This document shows, piece by piece, positions 50,714 through 63,172 of a stretch of 64,000 nt of DNA. The notes under the pieces are model-generated. The model was not told the DNA's origin and searched no databases. It saw only the letters and a list, made by a program, of their open reading frames with translations. Each line of letters begins with the position of its first letter. The stretch's first letter is position 1. This stretch comes from Octopus vulgaris. Taxonomy: Eukaryota. A program made the translations under genes and the position numbers. The stretch covers positions 159,774,001-159,838,000 of the forward strand of contig OX597816.1 of NCBI GenBank assembly GCA_951406725.2, in the 5' to 3' direction.

Positions 50714-52963
50714 ATTTGGACGCTTAAGGATCCTCTGAATGAACAGAGATTTAGAGACAAACTACTTGACACTTTTGATTAAAAGAGGCAGATATAGCAT
50801 CACATAATGTGGCGGACAACTAGAGCTTCCTACGTGACAACCTGTTGAGGGCTATTGACCAGATCTGTGGCTGCTGCAAAGCCCCCTCTTGAACTAAAGT
50901 AACATGGTGGTGGAACTATGTAGCTGACAAGGCTATTAAGGAAAAGGAACAGGTATGAAAGGACTGGAAGTGTGGTGTTGTATCAGATCACCAGAAGGGA
51001 AGTTAGAAGACAAGTTTACTTAGCCAGAGGGGAAGCAGATAAGAAAAAATTTGCTAATGTTCAGCGTCGTGAGGACCAGAAAATTCAAGTGTTTCATATT
51101 GCAAGACAGTGTGTGAGAGAGAATCGTGTTGTCATAGGAGAGAAATGTGTCTAATGATGCTGCAAAGAAAGAAACTTGGAGATGTCACTATGAAAGGTTG
51201 CTAAATGAAGAGAATGAATGGGAGAAAGAGAGTCTGCCATATGTTGACCTAACAGTGGGACCAGCTCTTTGATCTGACCGTATCTTGGTAGATAAAGTAA
51301 TTAAGGGTATTAAGACAGGGAAAACCCCTGGCCCATCAGGAATCACCACAGAGATACTTAAAATATCTGGTGGTGTCAGCTATAGGAGTCATTACCAATG
51401 ACTGGTGTACAGCACCATAGTCAACTGCTACAAAAGTAAAGATGACACTTTAGATACAAATAATTAGAGAGGTATCAAATTGTTGGATCAAGTGATGAAA
51501 GTCACAGAGAAGGTCACAACCCAACTAATTTGGGAGAGAGTTAGTTTAGATGAGATGCAGTTTGGGTGTGTGTCAAGGAGAAGTACCACTGATGCTATAT
51601 TTCTAGTAGGACAGCTGCAGGAGGAATACCTAACCAAAGATAAACCTCCGTACTTGGCTTTCGTTGACATAGAGAAAGCCTTTGATAGAGTCCCATGGTC
51701 CCTTATATGGTGGTCAATGCAGAAACCATGGATAATTGAGTGGTTGGTGGGAGCTGTATAAGCCATGTACAGGGATGCTATCAGTAAGGTGAGGTTTGGC
51801 AATGAGTGCAGCCAAGAATTCCGGGTAGAAGTAGGGGTCCACCAAGGATCAGTGCTCAGCCCTCTCTTATTCATCATAGTCCTCCAAGTAATAACAGAGG
51901 AATTCAACACAGGCTTCCACAGGGAGTTCCTCTATGCTGATGACCTTGCTCTAGTAGTTGAGTCACTACCAGAACTAGAGCAGTTTCAGGTGTGGAAGCA
52001 AGGTTTAGAATCGAAGAGTCAATCTAGCAAAAACTAAAGTCTTAGTAAGTAAGAAGGCAGACAAATCACAAATCCCTTCAGGTAGACAGCCCTGCTCAAT
52101 ATGTGGAAAAAGCATTGGTAGAAACCCCATAAGATGTAGCCAGTGTAAACTTTGGCCACATAAGAGGTGCAGCAATATCAAAGGAAGGTTAACTGAGAAG
52201 ATAGTTTTTGTGTGTGGAAGATGCATAGGAGCAATAAATACTGAAGATGTACAGAAGACAGATTCCATCACCTACCAAGGGGAAACACTAGAAGTTGATA
52301 ACTTTTGTTACCCAGGTGACCAAGTCAGTAACAGGGATGGATGCTCTGAGAGCATGCTAGAATAACAATAGGCTGGGCAAAGTTCAGAGAGCTCCTGCCT
52401 CTGCTGGTAACAAAGGGTGTCTTGCTCTGAGTGAAAGGTAGACTTTATGATGCCTATGGCTGAACTGCCATGCTAAACAGTAGTGAAACATGGGCTGTGA
52501 CTGCTGGGGACATACATATATAGTCTTGAAAGAAATGAAGCAAATATGCTCTGCTGGATGTGTAATGTCAGTGGGCGTACATGACAGAGCGTAAGCACTC
52601 TGAGAGAAAAGTTGGACATAAGAAGCATCAAATGTGGTGTACAAGAGAGACAACTGTGCTGGTATAATCATGTGTTGCGTATGGATGAAAACAGCTGTGT
52701 CACACCCTAACAGTGGAGGGAACCTGTGGAAGAGGTAAACCCCAGAAAACATGGGACAAGGTAGTGAAGCATGATCTTCGAATATTGGACCTCACAGAGG
52801 TAATGACAGGCAACCGAGACCTTTGGAGATATTCTGTGCTTGAGAAGACTTGGCAAGCTAAGTGAGATTGTGGCCAATGCCAGTGTTACATAACCGGCCT
52901 GTTTAAAAGTACCTGCTGTGCTTGAGAAGATCTGTTGGGTCAAATGAAATCATAGTCATGGCC
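50714..52963 (+). mobile_element. decayed 5'-truncated RTE LINE (RT, PHD-type finger, C terminus)
   Basis: AFVDIEKAFDRVP, GVHQGSVLSPLLF, LYADDL; multiple stops and frameshifts. Confidence 0.92.
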
Positions 52964-53106
52964 AGAAGAAGAAGAAGAAGAAGAAGAAGAAGAAGAAGAA
53001 GAAGAAGAAGAAGAAGAAGAAGAAGAAGAAGAAGAAGAAGAAGAAGAAGAAGAAGAAGAAGAAGAAGAAGAAGAAGAAGAAGAAGAAGAAGAAAAAGAAG
53101 AAGAAG
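52964..53106. repeat. (GAA)n microsatellite
   Basis: About 47 nearly perfect units. Confidence 0.98.
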
Positions 53107-53490
53107 ACTATTCCTCTGCTACACTGCAACTTCTTCCTTAAATATCTCCTTGAAGAATTTTAGTTGAACAACTCGACCATAGTACTTGTATTTTTTAAGC
53201 CTGCTGAACTGCTAATTTACACGGACATAAACACACCAACACCGGTTGTCAAGTAGTGATGGTGGGGGGACTGGTGTAGGAACATAATTGATAGCTGCTG
53301 CAAGGGTAAGAGAGATAACTTAAATAGAAGCATTTACACATGTATCAAACTCCTGGACCAGGTGATGTAAATTATGGTGAGAGTTACAGCGCAATTAATT
53401 AGGAGCAGAATTAAGCTTGATGGAATGTAGTTTGGTTTCGCCATGGGGAGAAGCACTTAGTTAAGAATAAACCATTATATTCAGCATTCC

Positions 53491-56385
53491 CAGGCGAAGA
53501 ATGTACCCGCAACATAGACTAGTAGTTAGTGACTTTAGGATCAGGACTAAGAGGACAACCAGAAGACGTCCAACATGGAGAAGAAGGATCTGGAAGCTTA
53601 AAGATCCTGTGAATGGACAGAGATTTAGGGACATGCTACTTGAAGCCTTTGACGAAGTAGAAGGGGATAGAGTATCACATGGGGTAGAAGGCAACTGGAC
53701 GTTTCTAAGGGACAACCTGCTGAGAGCCACTGACCAGATCTGTGGCTGGTGCAAAGTCACCTCTCGTCCCAAGGTAACGTGGTGGTGGAACAATGTTGTG
53801 GACAGGGCTATTAGAGAAAAGAGACAGGCTTGGAAGGACTGGAAGAATGGTGGTAGCAGGGAATTGTATCAGACTGCCAAAAGGGAAGCTAGGAGACAGG
53901 TCTATCTAGCCAGAGGGGAAGCAGATAAGAAAAAATTTGTCAATGTTCTGCGCCGTGAGGACCAAAGACTGGAAGTGTTTCGTGTTGCAAGACAGTGTTT
54001 GAGAGAGAATTGTGATGTGGTAGGAGAGAAGACTCTCTTTATCCCATTCATTTTCTTTATTCAGCAACTATGAAAGGTTGCTGAATAAAGAAAATGAATG
54101 GGATAAAAAGAGTCTGCCGAATGTTGACCCAACAGAGGGACCAGCTATCCAAGTTGACAGTTCCTTGGTAGTTAAGGCAATTAGAAGCATGAAGACAGGA
54201 AAAACCCCAGGCCCATCAGGAATCACTGCAGAGATGCTCAAAATATCTGGTAGTGTCGGCTATAGCCTAGTCACCCGTATAGTTAATCAGATGATACACG
54301 AAGGAGTCATACCCAATGACTGGTGTAGCAGCATAATAGTCAACTGCTACAAAGGTAAAGGTGACACCCTAGATACAAATAATTACAGAGGTATTAAGCT
54401 GTTGGATCAGGTAATGAAGGTTACGGAGAGGGTCATAGCCCAACTAATTAGAGAGAGAGTTAGTTTAGATGAGATGCAGTTTGGGTTCATGCCAGGGAAA
54501 AGTACCACTGATGCTATATTCCTGGTAAGGCAGCTGCAGGAGAAATACCTAGCCAAAGATAAGCCCCTGTACCTGGCTTTTGTTGACATGGAGAAAGCCT
54601 TCAACAGGGTCCCCCGATCCCTTATCTGGTGGTCAATGAGGAAACTAGGGATAGATAAATGGTTAGTGAGAGCTGTGCGAGCTATGTACAGGGACGCTGC
54701 TAGTAAGGTGAGGGTTGGCAACGAGTACAGTGAAGAATTCCGGGTAGAGGTAGGGATCCACCAAGGCTCAGTACTCAGTCCCCTCCTATTTATCATAGTG
54801 CTCCAGGCAATAACGAAGGAATTCAAGACAGGATGCCCTTGGGAGCTCCTCTATGCTGATGACCTTGCTCTAATTGCTGAGTCATTATCAGAACTGGAGG
54901 AGAAGTTTCAGGTGTGGAAGCAAGGATTAGAATCGAAGGGCCTTAGAGTCAATCTAGCTAACCCAAAGTCCTAATAAGTAGGAAGGTAGACAAATCACAA
55001 ACGCCTTCAGGTAGATGGCCCTGCTCGATCTGTAGAAAAGGTGTAGGTAGAAACTCTATAAGATGCACTAAGTGTAAGCTATGGACACATAAGAGGTGCA
55101 GCAATGTCAAAGGAAGGCTAACTAGGAATATAGTTTTTGTATGTGGCAGATACTCAGGAACAATAAACACTGAAAATGCTCTGAGACCAACTTCTGTCAC
55201 TTTCCAGGGAGAAAAACTAGAAATAGTTGATAGCTTCTGTTACCTAGGTGACCAAGTCAGTAGCAGGGTTGGGTGTGCTGAAAGTGTAACTGCTAGAGTA
55301 AGAATAGCTTGGGCAAAGTTCAGAGAGCTCTTACCTCTGCTGGTGACAAAAGGCCTCTCGCTCAGAGTAAAAGGCAGACTGTATGATGGTGACAAAAGGC
55401 CTCTCGCTCAGAGTAAAAGGCAGACTGTATGACGCGTGTGTACGAACAGCCATGCTACATGGCAGTGAAACATGGGCCGTGACTGCTGAGGATATGCGTA
55501 AGCTCGCAAGAAATGAAGCCAGTATGCTTCGATGGATGTGTAATGTCAGTGTTCATACTCGACAGAGTGTAAGTACCTTGAGAGAAAAGCTGGACCTAAG
55601 AAGCATCAGATGTGGTGTGCAAGAGAGTCGTTTGCACTGGTATGGTCATGTGGCGAGAATGGATGAAGATAGTTGTGTGAAAAAGTGCCACACCCTAGCA
55701 GTTGAGGGAACCTGTGGAAGAGGCAGACCCAGGAAAACCTGGGACGAAGTTGTGAAGCATGGCCTTCGAACTTTAGGTCTCACTAAGGAAATGATTAGAG
55801 ACCGAGACCTCTGGAAGTATGCTGTGCGTGAGAAGACCCGGCAGGACAAGTGAGACCATAACCTGTGGCCTTCTACACGGGATGTAGCCAGTCCACTTAT
55901 GCATACCTTCCCTTCTTGGGACACAAAACTCTACTTGTGAAGACCTGTTGAGGCAAGTGAGAATCAGAATCGAAATCGATCAATGGAAATTGCAGCTGAG
56001 ATACCAGTGCCGGTGACACGTAAGAGAACCATCCGAACATGGCCGTTGCCAGCGCTGCCCCAACTGGCCTCTTGCCGGTGGCATGTAAAAAGCACCATCC
56101 GTTCGTGGCCGTTGCCAGCCTCGCCTGGCCCCCGTTCCGGTGGCACATAAAAAGCACCATCCGATCGTGGCCGTTTGCCAGACTCATCTGGCACCTGTGC
56201 AGGTGGCACGTAAAAAGCACCCACTACACTCATGGAGTGGTTGGCATTAGGAAGGGCATCCAGCCGTAGAAACATTGCCAGATCAGACTGGGCCTGGTGC
56301 AGCCTTTTGGCTTCCTAGACCCCAGTTGAACCGTCCAACCCATGCTAGCATGGAAAGCGGACACTAAACGATGATGATGATGATG
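53491..56385 (+). mobile_element. best-preserved 5'-truncated RTE LINE (end of APE, RT, PHD-type finger, 3'UTR, (GAT)n tail)
   Basis: ORFs 53501-54073, 54078-54974 (AFVDMEKAF, GIHQGSVLSPLLF, LYADDL) and 55383-55853; disabled by frameshifts; ATTCC direct repeat at both ends. Confidence 0.95.
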
Positions 56386-56401
56386 ATTCCTTGATCTAGA
56401 T

Positions 56402-56739
56402 CAGTGATTCTCTAACTTTTTCAGGCTGTAGCCCCCCTTGGCACCCAGACCACATTCCTACTGTCCCCCTACTACACACACACACTACCACATACATAGA
56501 CCTCTTTCAGCAGCAAATTCAAAACAACTGTATTTCACAAATAAAACTTAATCTAATTAGCCTTTGTTGCTTTTACAACCATCGCCCCCTTTTGGCCACC
56601 CCACTTTTCTTCAATGCTCCCTGAGACTTCCTTCCCCAGGGAGCAGTACCATTCCCCCTTTTGGCCACCCATTTAGCACCCTCACTTTTCTTTAGTACCC
56701 ACCCCTGATTGTTTCTACTGCCCACTTTGGGTACCACTG
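56402..56739. mobile_element. hAT MITE
   Basis: CAGTG...CACTG ends; TSD ATCTAGAT/ATCTAGAG; homologous to 43896-44168. Confidence 0.75.
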
Positions 56740-58947
56740 ATCTAGAGAAAGTCTTCAATAGAGTACCCTGATGTGTGAAATGGTGGGCTCTGAGGAGGCA
56801 AGGGTAGATGAGTGATTTGTGAAAGCTGTACAGGCCATATACAGAGATGCTGTCAGTAAAGCGAGAGTTAATCATGAGTATATATACTGAGAGAGACGTG
56901 AGCCACAAGGGCAGAAATTTTTGTAGAGTGAATGAGTCGATTAAATTGACCCCCAATGCGTAGCTGGTACTTAATTTATCGACCCCGAAAGGATGAAAGG
57001 CAAAGTCGACCTTGGCGGAATTTGAACTCAGAATGCAGCGGCGGACGAAATACCACAAAGCATTTCGCCCGGCGTGCTAACGATCCTGCCTGCTTGCTGC
57101 CTTATCTCTCGTCAAACTGTCCAACCCATGCCAGTATAGATGTTAAAGGATGATGATGTATATATATATGACAGGCTTCTTTCTATTTCTGTCCATCAAA
57201 TCAACTCACAAGGCTCTGGTTAGCCCGAGGCTATAGTAGAAGACATTTGCCCAGTGTTTTCCTCAGTGGAACTGAACCCAGAACCATATGGTTGGAAAGC
57301 AAACTTCTAACCACACAACCATGCTCACACCTACTTTTGGGATGTTTTTTTTTTTTTTTTACTCTGTTGCGATATACAAGGAAACTTCACTGATGCTGGT
57401 GGCATGAAAAAGTACCCAGCACACTCTGTAAAGTGACTGATGAATGAAACAAAGTCAACACAAGATTTGAGAGGAATCTTTAGTTTTGCCTAGGGCCAGA
57501 CAGCCTCTCAAATTCTGGTGCCTTGATAAAATGCATCCAGTACACTCTGTAAAGTAGTTGGCATTAGAAAGGTATCCATCCAGGCACAGGCACAGCTGTG
57601 TAGCAAGAATTTCGATTCCCAAACATGTTTGGGTTATTTTAATAACTTTTTCATGGTTTTCAAACAAATTAGAAAAGCAAAGGTGCATATACAAAGTACA
57701 AAAACAAGCAGAAATGAAACAATTGAGAAAATATGAAAACGAGACAAGTTTTATTACAAAAAGCTAATAATTCATGAAGAGAATAATGAACAGTGAGAAT
57801 TCAAACAATAAAATATTTTCAATACTTTCAGGTAGATTTGATCTTGAATATCTGATTGCTTTTGTTTTTTGTCATCAGAGGATTTCTTCCTTCTTTAGTC
57901 ATAACACTCATGATCCAGTGTAAGAGGTGGTGTGGGGTGGGGGATCATGTATGTTATGAACTCACATAGTTTAAAGTGGGGAGAATTTCTCTGATGATGA
58001 AAAACAACAGGGAGTAGCATATTGATGGTTGAAACTACCAGAATGTATTGACAATGGATATGTTTTCATTACAAAAATACACAGAAATGACTAAACTTTC
58101 TGGAGACAACTTCAACTGATGTTTTCTGCATTAAAATCGATGGGAAAATTTTCATTAGAGTGCAGCCATGCTGGGGGCATCACCTTGAAAAATTTTAGCC
58201 CAACAAATTGACCCCAGGACTTATTTATTAAGCCTAGTACTTATTCTACCGCTTTTTTTTGCTGAACTGCTAATGTGGTGGGAACATAAACATGCACACA
58301 TATGACAGGCTTCTTTCAGTTTCCGTCCACCAAATGCACTCAGAAGGCTTTGGTCAGCTACATTATTGAAAATTGCCCAAGGTGCCATGCAGTGGGACTG
58401 AACCCAGAACAATGAGACTGGAAAGCAGATTTCTCACCACACAGCCACTTCTGAGCCTATGTGATTAAAAGAAAATATCTGAATCTTAATGAATATTGAA
58501 AAGTATACAAAATATTTCTTGAAGGAAATTGGTTCCTTCCTCATTCTACTAAAAAAAAAATGGTGAAACAACAGATCAACTGCATCATTTTAAATAAATA
58601 GTGATATTTCTGACCTAAATCAGTTTAAATAGGAAATGCATGTGAGATTAATTTTGTTGTTTGGTGGACAACAAAGAAGTAGAATGAGATTGATATAGAC
58701 GAGCATTACCAATGATTGGTGCAAATAAATACTATAGGCATAACTGTATGGATAAGAAACTTACTTTGCAACAAAATAGTTGGAAAATTTGGAGATTTTG
58801 CTATTTTGTTTACTGTTTATCTAAGTGTTCAGCTGGTAAAATAGGAATAGATTTAGTAATCATTACAAGAACCGAAGTAAGCAAAGACTTAATTTTTGTC
58901 AAAAACAAAAAAATTATATTTGTAATAAAGTTTCAATTCACTAAGCT

Positions 58948-58981
<34 letters not shown>

Positions 58982-59004
58982 ACACATTTACATATATATA
59001 TATA

Positions 59005-59252
59005 TCATCATCATCATTTAATGTCCGCTTTCCATGCTAGCATGGGTTGGACGATTTGACTGAGGACTGGTTAACCAGATGGCTGTGCCAGGCTCCAATC
59101 TGATCTGGCAGGGTTTCTACAGCTGGATGCCCTTCCTAATGCCAACCACTCTGAGTGTAGTGGGTGCTTTTACGTGCCACCGGTATGGGGGCCAGCCTGG
59201 CGGTACGGGCAATGGCCACACTTGAAATGGTGTTTTTTACAGGCCACCTGCA
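59005..59252 (-). mobile_element. RTE 3' tail fragment
   Basis: Near-colinear with 7424-7680. Confidence 0.78.
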
Positions 59253-59267
59253 CACACATATATATAT

Positions 59268-60016
59268 CAGTGTGCAGGCAGGAGTTCACCAAGGCTCAGT
59301 TCTCAGCCTCCTCCTGTTTATCTTAGTCCTCCAGGTCTTAACAGAGGAACTCAAGATCAGTTGTCCTTAGGAGCTCCTCTACATTGATGACCTTGTTCTT
59401 ATAGCTGAATCACTACCTGACCTAGAGAAGAATTTTCAGGTGTGGAAACAAGGCCTGGAATCTAATTAAATAGACTTAATTTAGCGAAGACCAAAGTCCT
59501 AGTAAGTAGGAAAACAGACAAATCACAAGTCCCTTCTGGGAGATGGCCCTGCTCAATATGTAAGAAGGGTGTTGGTAGAAACTCCATAAGTGCAAGATTT
59601 GGACACATAAGAGGTGTAGCAGTGTCACAGGAAAGTTAACAGAGATTACAGTTTTTGTGTATAATAAACACTAAAAATGCACAGAGAATAGGCTCCCTCA
59701 AATGCTCAGGGGGATCATTAGAAATAATAGCTTCTGTTACCTAGGAAACCAAGTTAGCAGTAGTGGTGGAAATTCTGAAAGTGTTGTTTGCTAGGATAAG
59801 AATGAACAAAGTTTGGAGAGCAATTTTCAGTCTTCCACACATACAGGATTGTCTTGTCGGGTGCCGGTGCCACTTAAAAAGCATCCATGCTAGTGGCACA
59901 TAAATAGAACCCAGCAGACTCTGTTAAGAGGTTGGCGTTAGGAAGGGCAGCCAACCGTAGAAACCATGCCACAACAGAGAGTTGGAGTCTGGACAGCGGA
60001 CGTTAAACGATGATGG
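59268..60016 (+). mobile_element. decayed RTE LINE fragment with 3' tail
   Basis: GVHQGSVLSLLLF, LYIDDL, RWPCSICKKGVG; tail GGACGTTAAACGATGATG at about 60000. Confidence 0.85.
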
Positions 60017-61874
60017 TGAAATAACATAGTTACATCATTTCAAAAACAACGGGCTTCACAATCGGTTACTTAAGTAAGGGACATAACTAATACATTTTTA
60101 ACTGAAATTATTGTCCTTGCAAATGCTAAAAACCAGTACGGCACTCGAATGTTAAAGCAATTGAAGCGCTGGAACTGTATAGCCATAACAAAATTACTTA
60201 GGTGACATAAGTAAAGATATAATAAAGAATTTTGGAGGAAGAAATGAATTTTCATCCTGGAAAAAAAAATCAATGTATTTCTTTTTCTTTCTCCAAGATG
60301 CACTGATTTTGTTATAACCATTATTGAGCTCACTTGTCTACTCTTGATAGCATACATTTTATTAAAAAGCAACAGTAACAACAACAACAACCATGCCTTT
60401 ATATAACAATAGGATATTCTTAAAAATAATTTATAACAAGCAGAAACAATATATAAATAAAAATATATCAAAGACAAAATTCTTAGATTCAACATTTTAA
60501 GACTGGACATAATGAGGATACAGATAGACTAGAAATATAGATAAAAATCGACATAACAAATGGTCTGTAGGGGCATTTCAAAAACGAGAGGATTATCGAA
60601 ATAAGATGGTCAATATGAAGACTCTCTTTTCTCTATAACTGAACAACGATTTAGGATGACAAAAAAAAAAGTCTTTTAAGCGATTTTCTCTCGATATGTT
60701 GAATTTAGCTTATTCATTTCTCTCAAGCTCTGCTGTGGTGACGATTCCAAAGAAGGATGAAAAAGTGCTATACATGGCTACTAATGATTAGAACTTTCAG
60801 CAACTTTATAATGTGTAGGAGAAAAACAATAAATTAAATGACTCCGTTCTGTACAACTTCCTTACTTTTTCATGTAAATTCCATAACTCAGCTTAATCGA
60901 CAAGTAATTGTCTCCCCTTATAATAAGTTAATCGCCAGGACCACACCACATATCGATATATATTTGCCTTAGAGAAACTAATCAGGAAATGAAAGTATTT
61001 TTCCTGTATCCAGTTAACAAAAAAAAAAGCAGAACAAAAATAAATATAAATGATAATGGTTTGAGCTGATATAAAAATATAAAATAAAACCAGAATTTCA
61101 GCAAAGATGCAAAAAAATGTGATTTAGTACAAATAAACAGTACAAGAAAACTGAACATTGAAAGCTTTCAGTGATGTCTGGATTGGTTTTGTTTCAAGTA
61201 TTATCAAATGAAATTGGCCTCATAGAGACGAGATATAAGAAAGCGTTGTGTATTACGTATAATACGTATAATATAGCGAATGTAAAATCATTGATGATCA
61301 CTATGAAAAGGGTGATTATGATAAACAACAATAAGCCTATGCCTTTCTAGGATATTCTTAAAACTAATTTATAACAAGCAGAAATAAATAAATAAATAAA
61401 TAAATAAAAATATATCAAAGATGAAATTCTTAGATTCAACATTTTACAAATGGACATAATGAGGATAAAGACAGAATGGAAATATAGGTAAACTCGAGGT
61501 GACAAATGAGGTCTCCTGAACCATTTCGGAAACGAGAGGATTATTAAAATAAGATTAATGAATTTCATTTGTTTATCATCACTGATTCTTCCAAGACAAC
61601 ACAGTATGTTCAATTGTGAACTGTATATTATACTTATCACAATCTGATATGTGATAACACCTGTCAGTGTTCAGTCAAAAATTCTGCTTTGACCACCCCC
61701 ATGTACACCCACAATGAATAGCTACCCAAAATGCACTGATGTGTTTACATGATCATGCAACATAGCTGCATATTTTTTTTATATGGACTTATGTACTCAT
61801 TCGTATCAACATGGGACCAGTGAGCAGAAAGAAAGACAAAGAAACCTGATCCTGACGAGCGATGCAGATAAATA

Positions 61875-62036
61875 CCGTATTTTAATGTGTATAATTAACC
61901 TTTTTTTGTTAAAAATTAAGTTAAAAAATACGAGAGTTTCTTATACATGAATAGTATAATTTTCCCTTACAAAACCTTTTTTCCAAATTCTAAGCCCCGC
62001 AAAATTAGGCGGCTCTTTATACACATTAAAATATGG
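61875..62036. mobile_element. pogo/Tigger-type MITE
   Basis: TA-CCGTATTTTAATGTGTATAA / TTATACACATTAAAATATGG-TA. Confidence 0.75.
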
Positions 62037-62333
62037 TATATTCTCTACATGAAAAGGTAGAGATGATCAGATAAATACATAAAGTGGAAGCATCATTGTT
62101 GTGGGCCACAAGTGGTGTCAATAACCCTATCATTCATTCCATTTACAAAGTGTGTGGAGATGATTTATTTATCACTACTTTTGAGCAGGAAACTGATATT
62201 TAGTGTATCTATCCACATGATAAAGGAGGATGGATGCACTAAATATCAATTTATCAAATCAAAATGATAAATAAATGAGTCAAAATTTAAAAAGTCTTGA
62301 GATAAGTTTTCCTTTTGCCTTCTTTGTAGATTC

Positions 62334-62474
62334 TTAATTTTGTTTACGACCAATACCAGGGTAAAAATATAAATATGCTTCTCTAAGAGTGCTTTTGAAT
62401 TCAGACATTTGCTTGGCACCATTTAAACCAGTCGAAGGATTCGAGGATGTTCTTTGAGAAACCATACTGTTCAC
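62334..62474 (-). CDS. candidate terminal coding exon of an unidentified gene (VNSMVSQRTSSNPSTGLNGAKQMSEFKSTLREAYLYFYPGIGRKQN*)
   Basis: Strong acceptor TTTTATTTTCAG|GTG on -, 46 open codons to TAA in non-repeat DNA, AATAAA about 165 nt downstream; no family recognised. Confidence 0.4.
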   Translation of the reverse strand: MNSMVSQRTSSNPSTGLNGAKQMSEFKSTLREAYLYFYPGIGRKQN

Positions 62475-62765
62475 CTGAAAATAAAACCAAAATAAATTTA
62501 TATAATCAACAGAATTATGAAGTGAACATTAAATATTTCAATACAAATCTGTGAATAAAACCTATAAGGATATTAAAAGATTTCTTTGACAAAATAACTT
62601 ACAAAGTCAATTGATTTGATCCATCCAGAATGTTACTGGTACCTGCTGACCATGGAAGGATGACTGCTTAAGTCATATCTCACAGAATTTCAAACCAAGG
62701 CTGAAAATCACCACCAACACCATCATATTAACATCTATATATATAAATATAAATATATGTATATG

Positions 62766-63075
62766 GTGGCACGTAAAAAGCACCATCTGATCGTGGCCGT
62801 TGCCAGCTTTGTCTGGCCTCTGTGCCGGTGGCACGTAAAAAGCACCATCCGATCATGGCCATTTGCCAGCCTCGTCTGGCACCTGTGCCGGTGGCACGTA
62901 AAAAGCACCCACTACACTCATGGAGTGGTTGGCATTAGGAAGGGCATCCAGCTGTAGAAACACTGCCAGATCAGACTGGGCCTGGTGCAGCCTTCTGGCT
63001 TCCCAGACCCCAGTTGAACCGTCCAACCCATGCTAGCATGGAAAGCGGACGTTAAACGATGATGATGATGATGAT
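62766..63075 (+). mobile_element. RTE 3' tail with 2+ tandem units
   Basis: Close match to 56075-56385; (GAT)n end. Confidence 0.85.
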
Positions 63076-63172
63076 ATATATATGATTTCAAAGAGATATT
63101 CTGGTGGTTACTGTGATTCCCCTTAAATTGGCCTTATATGCTGGCTAATCTTGTTAGACTCTGGCAATTGAT

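Noticed and set aside
52922-53167. Poly-arginine protamine-like ORF
   Set aside because: Translation of a (GAA)n microsatellite at the end of a decayed RTE; TTG start and no gene context.
53491-56385. Active autonomous LINE or domesticated RT gene
   Set aside because: 5'-truncated (most of the endonuclease missing) with frameshifts near 54030-54075, 54962 and 55387.
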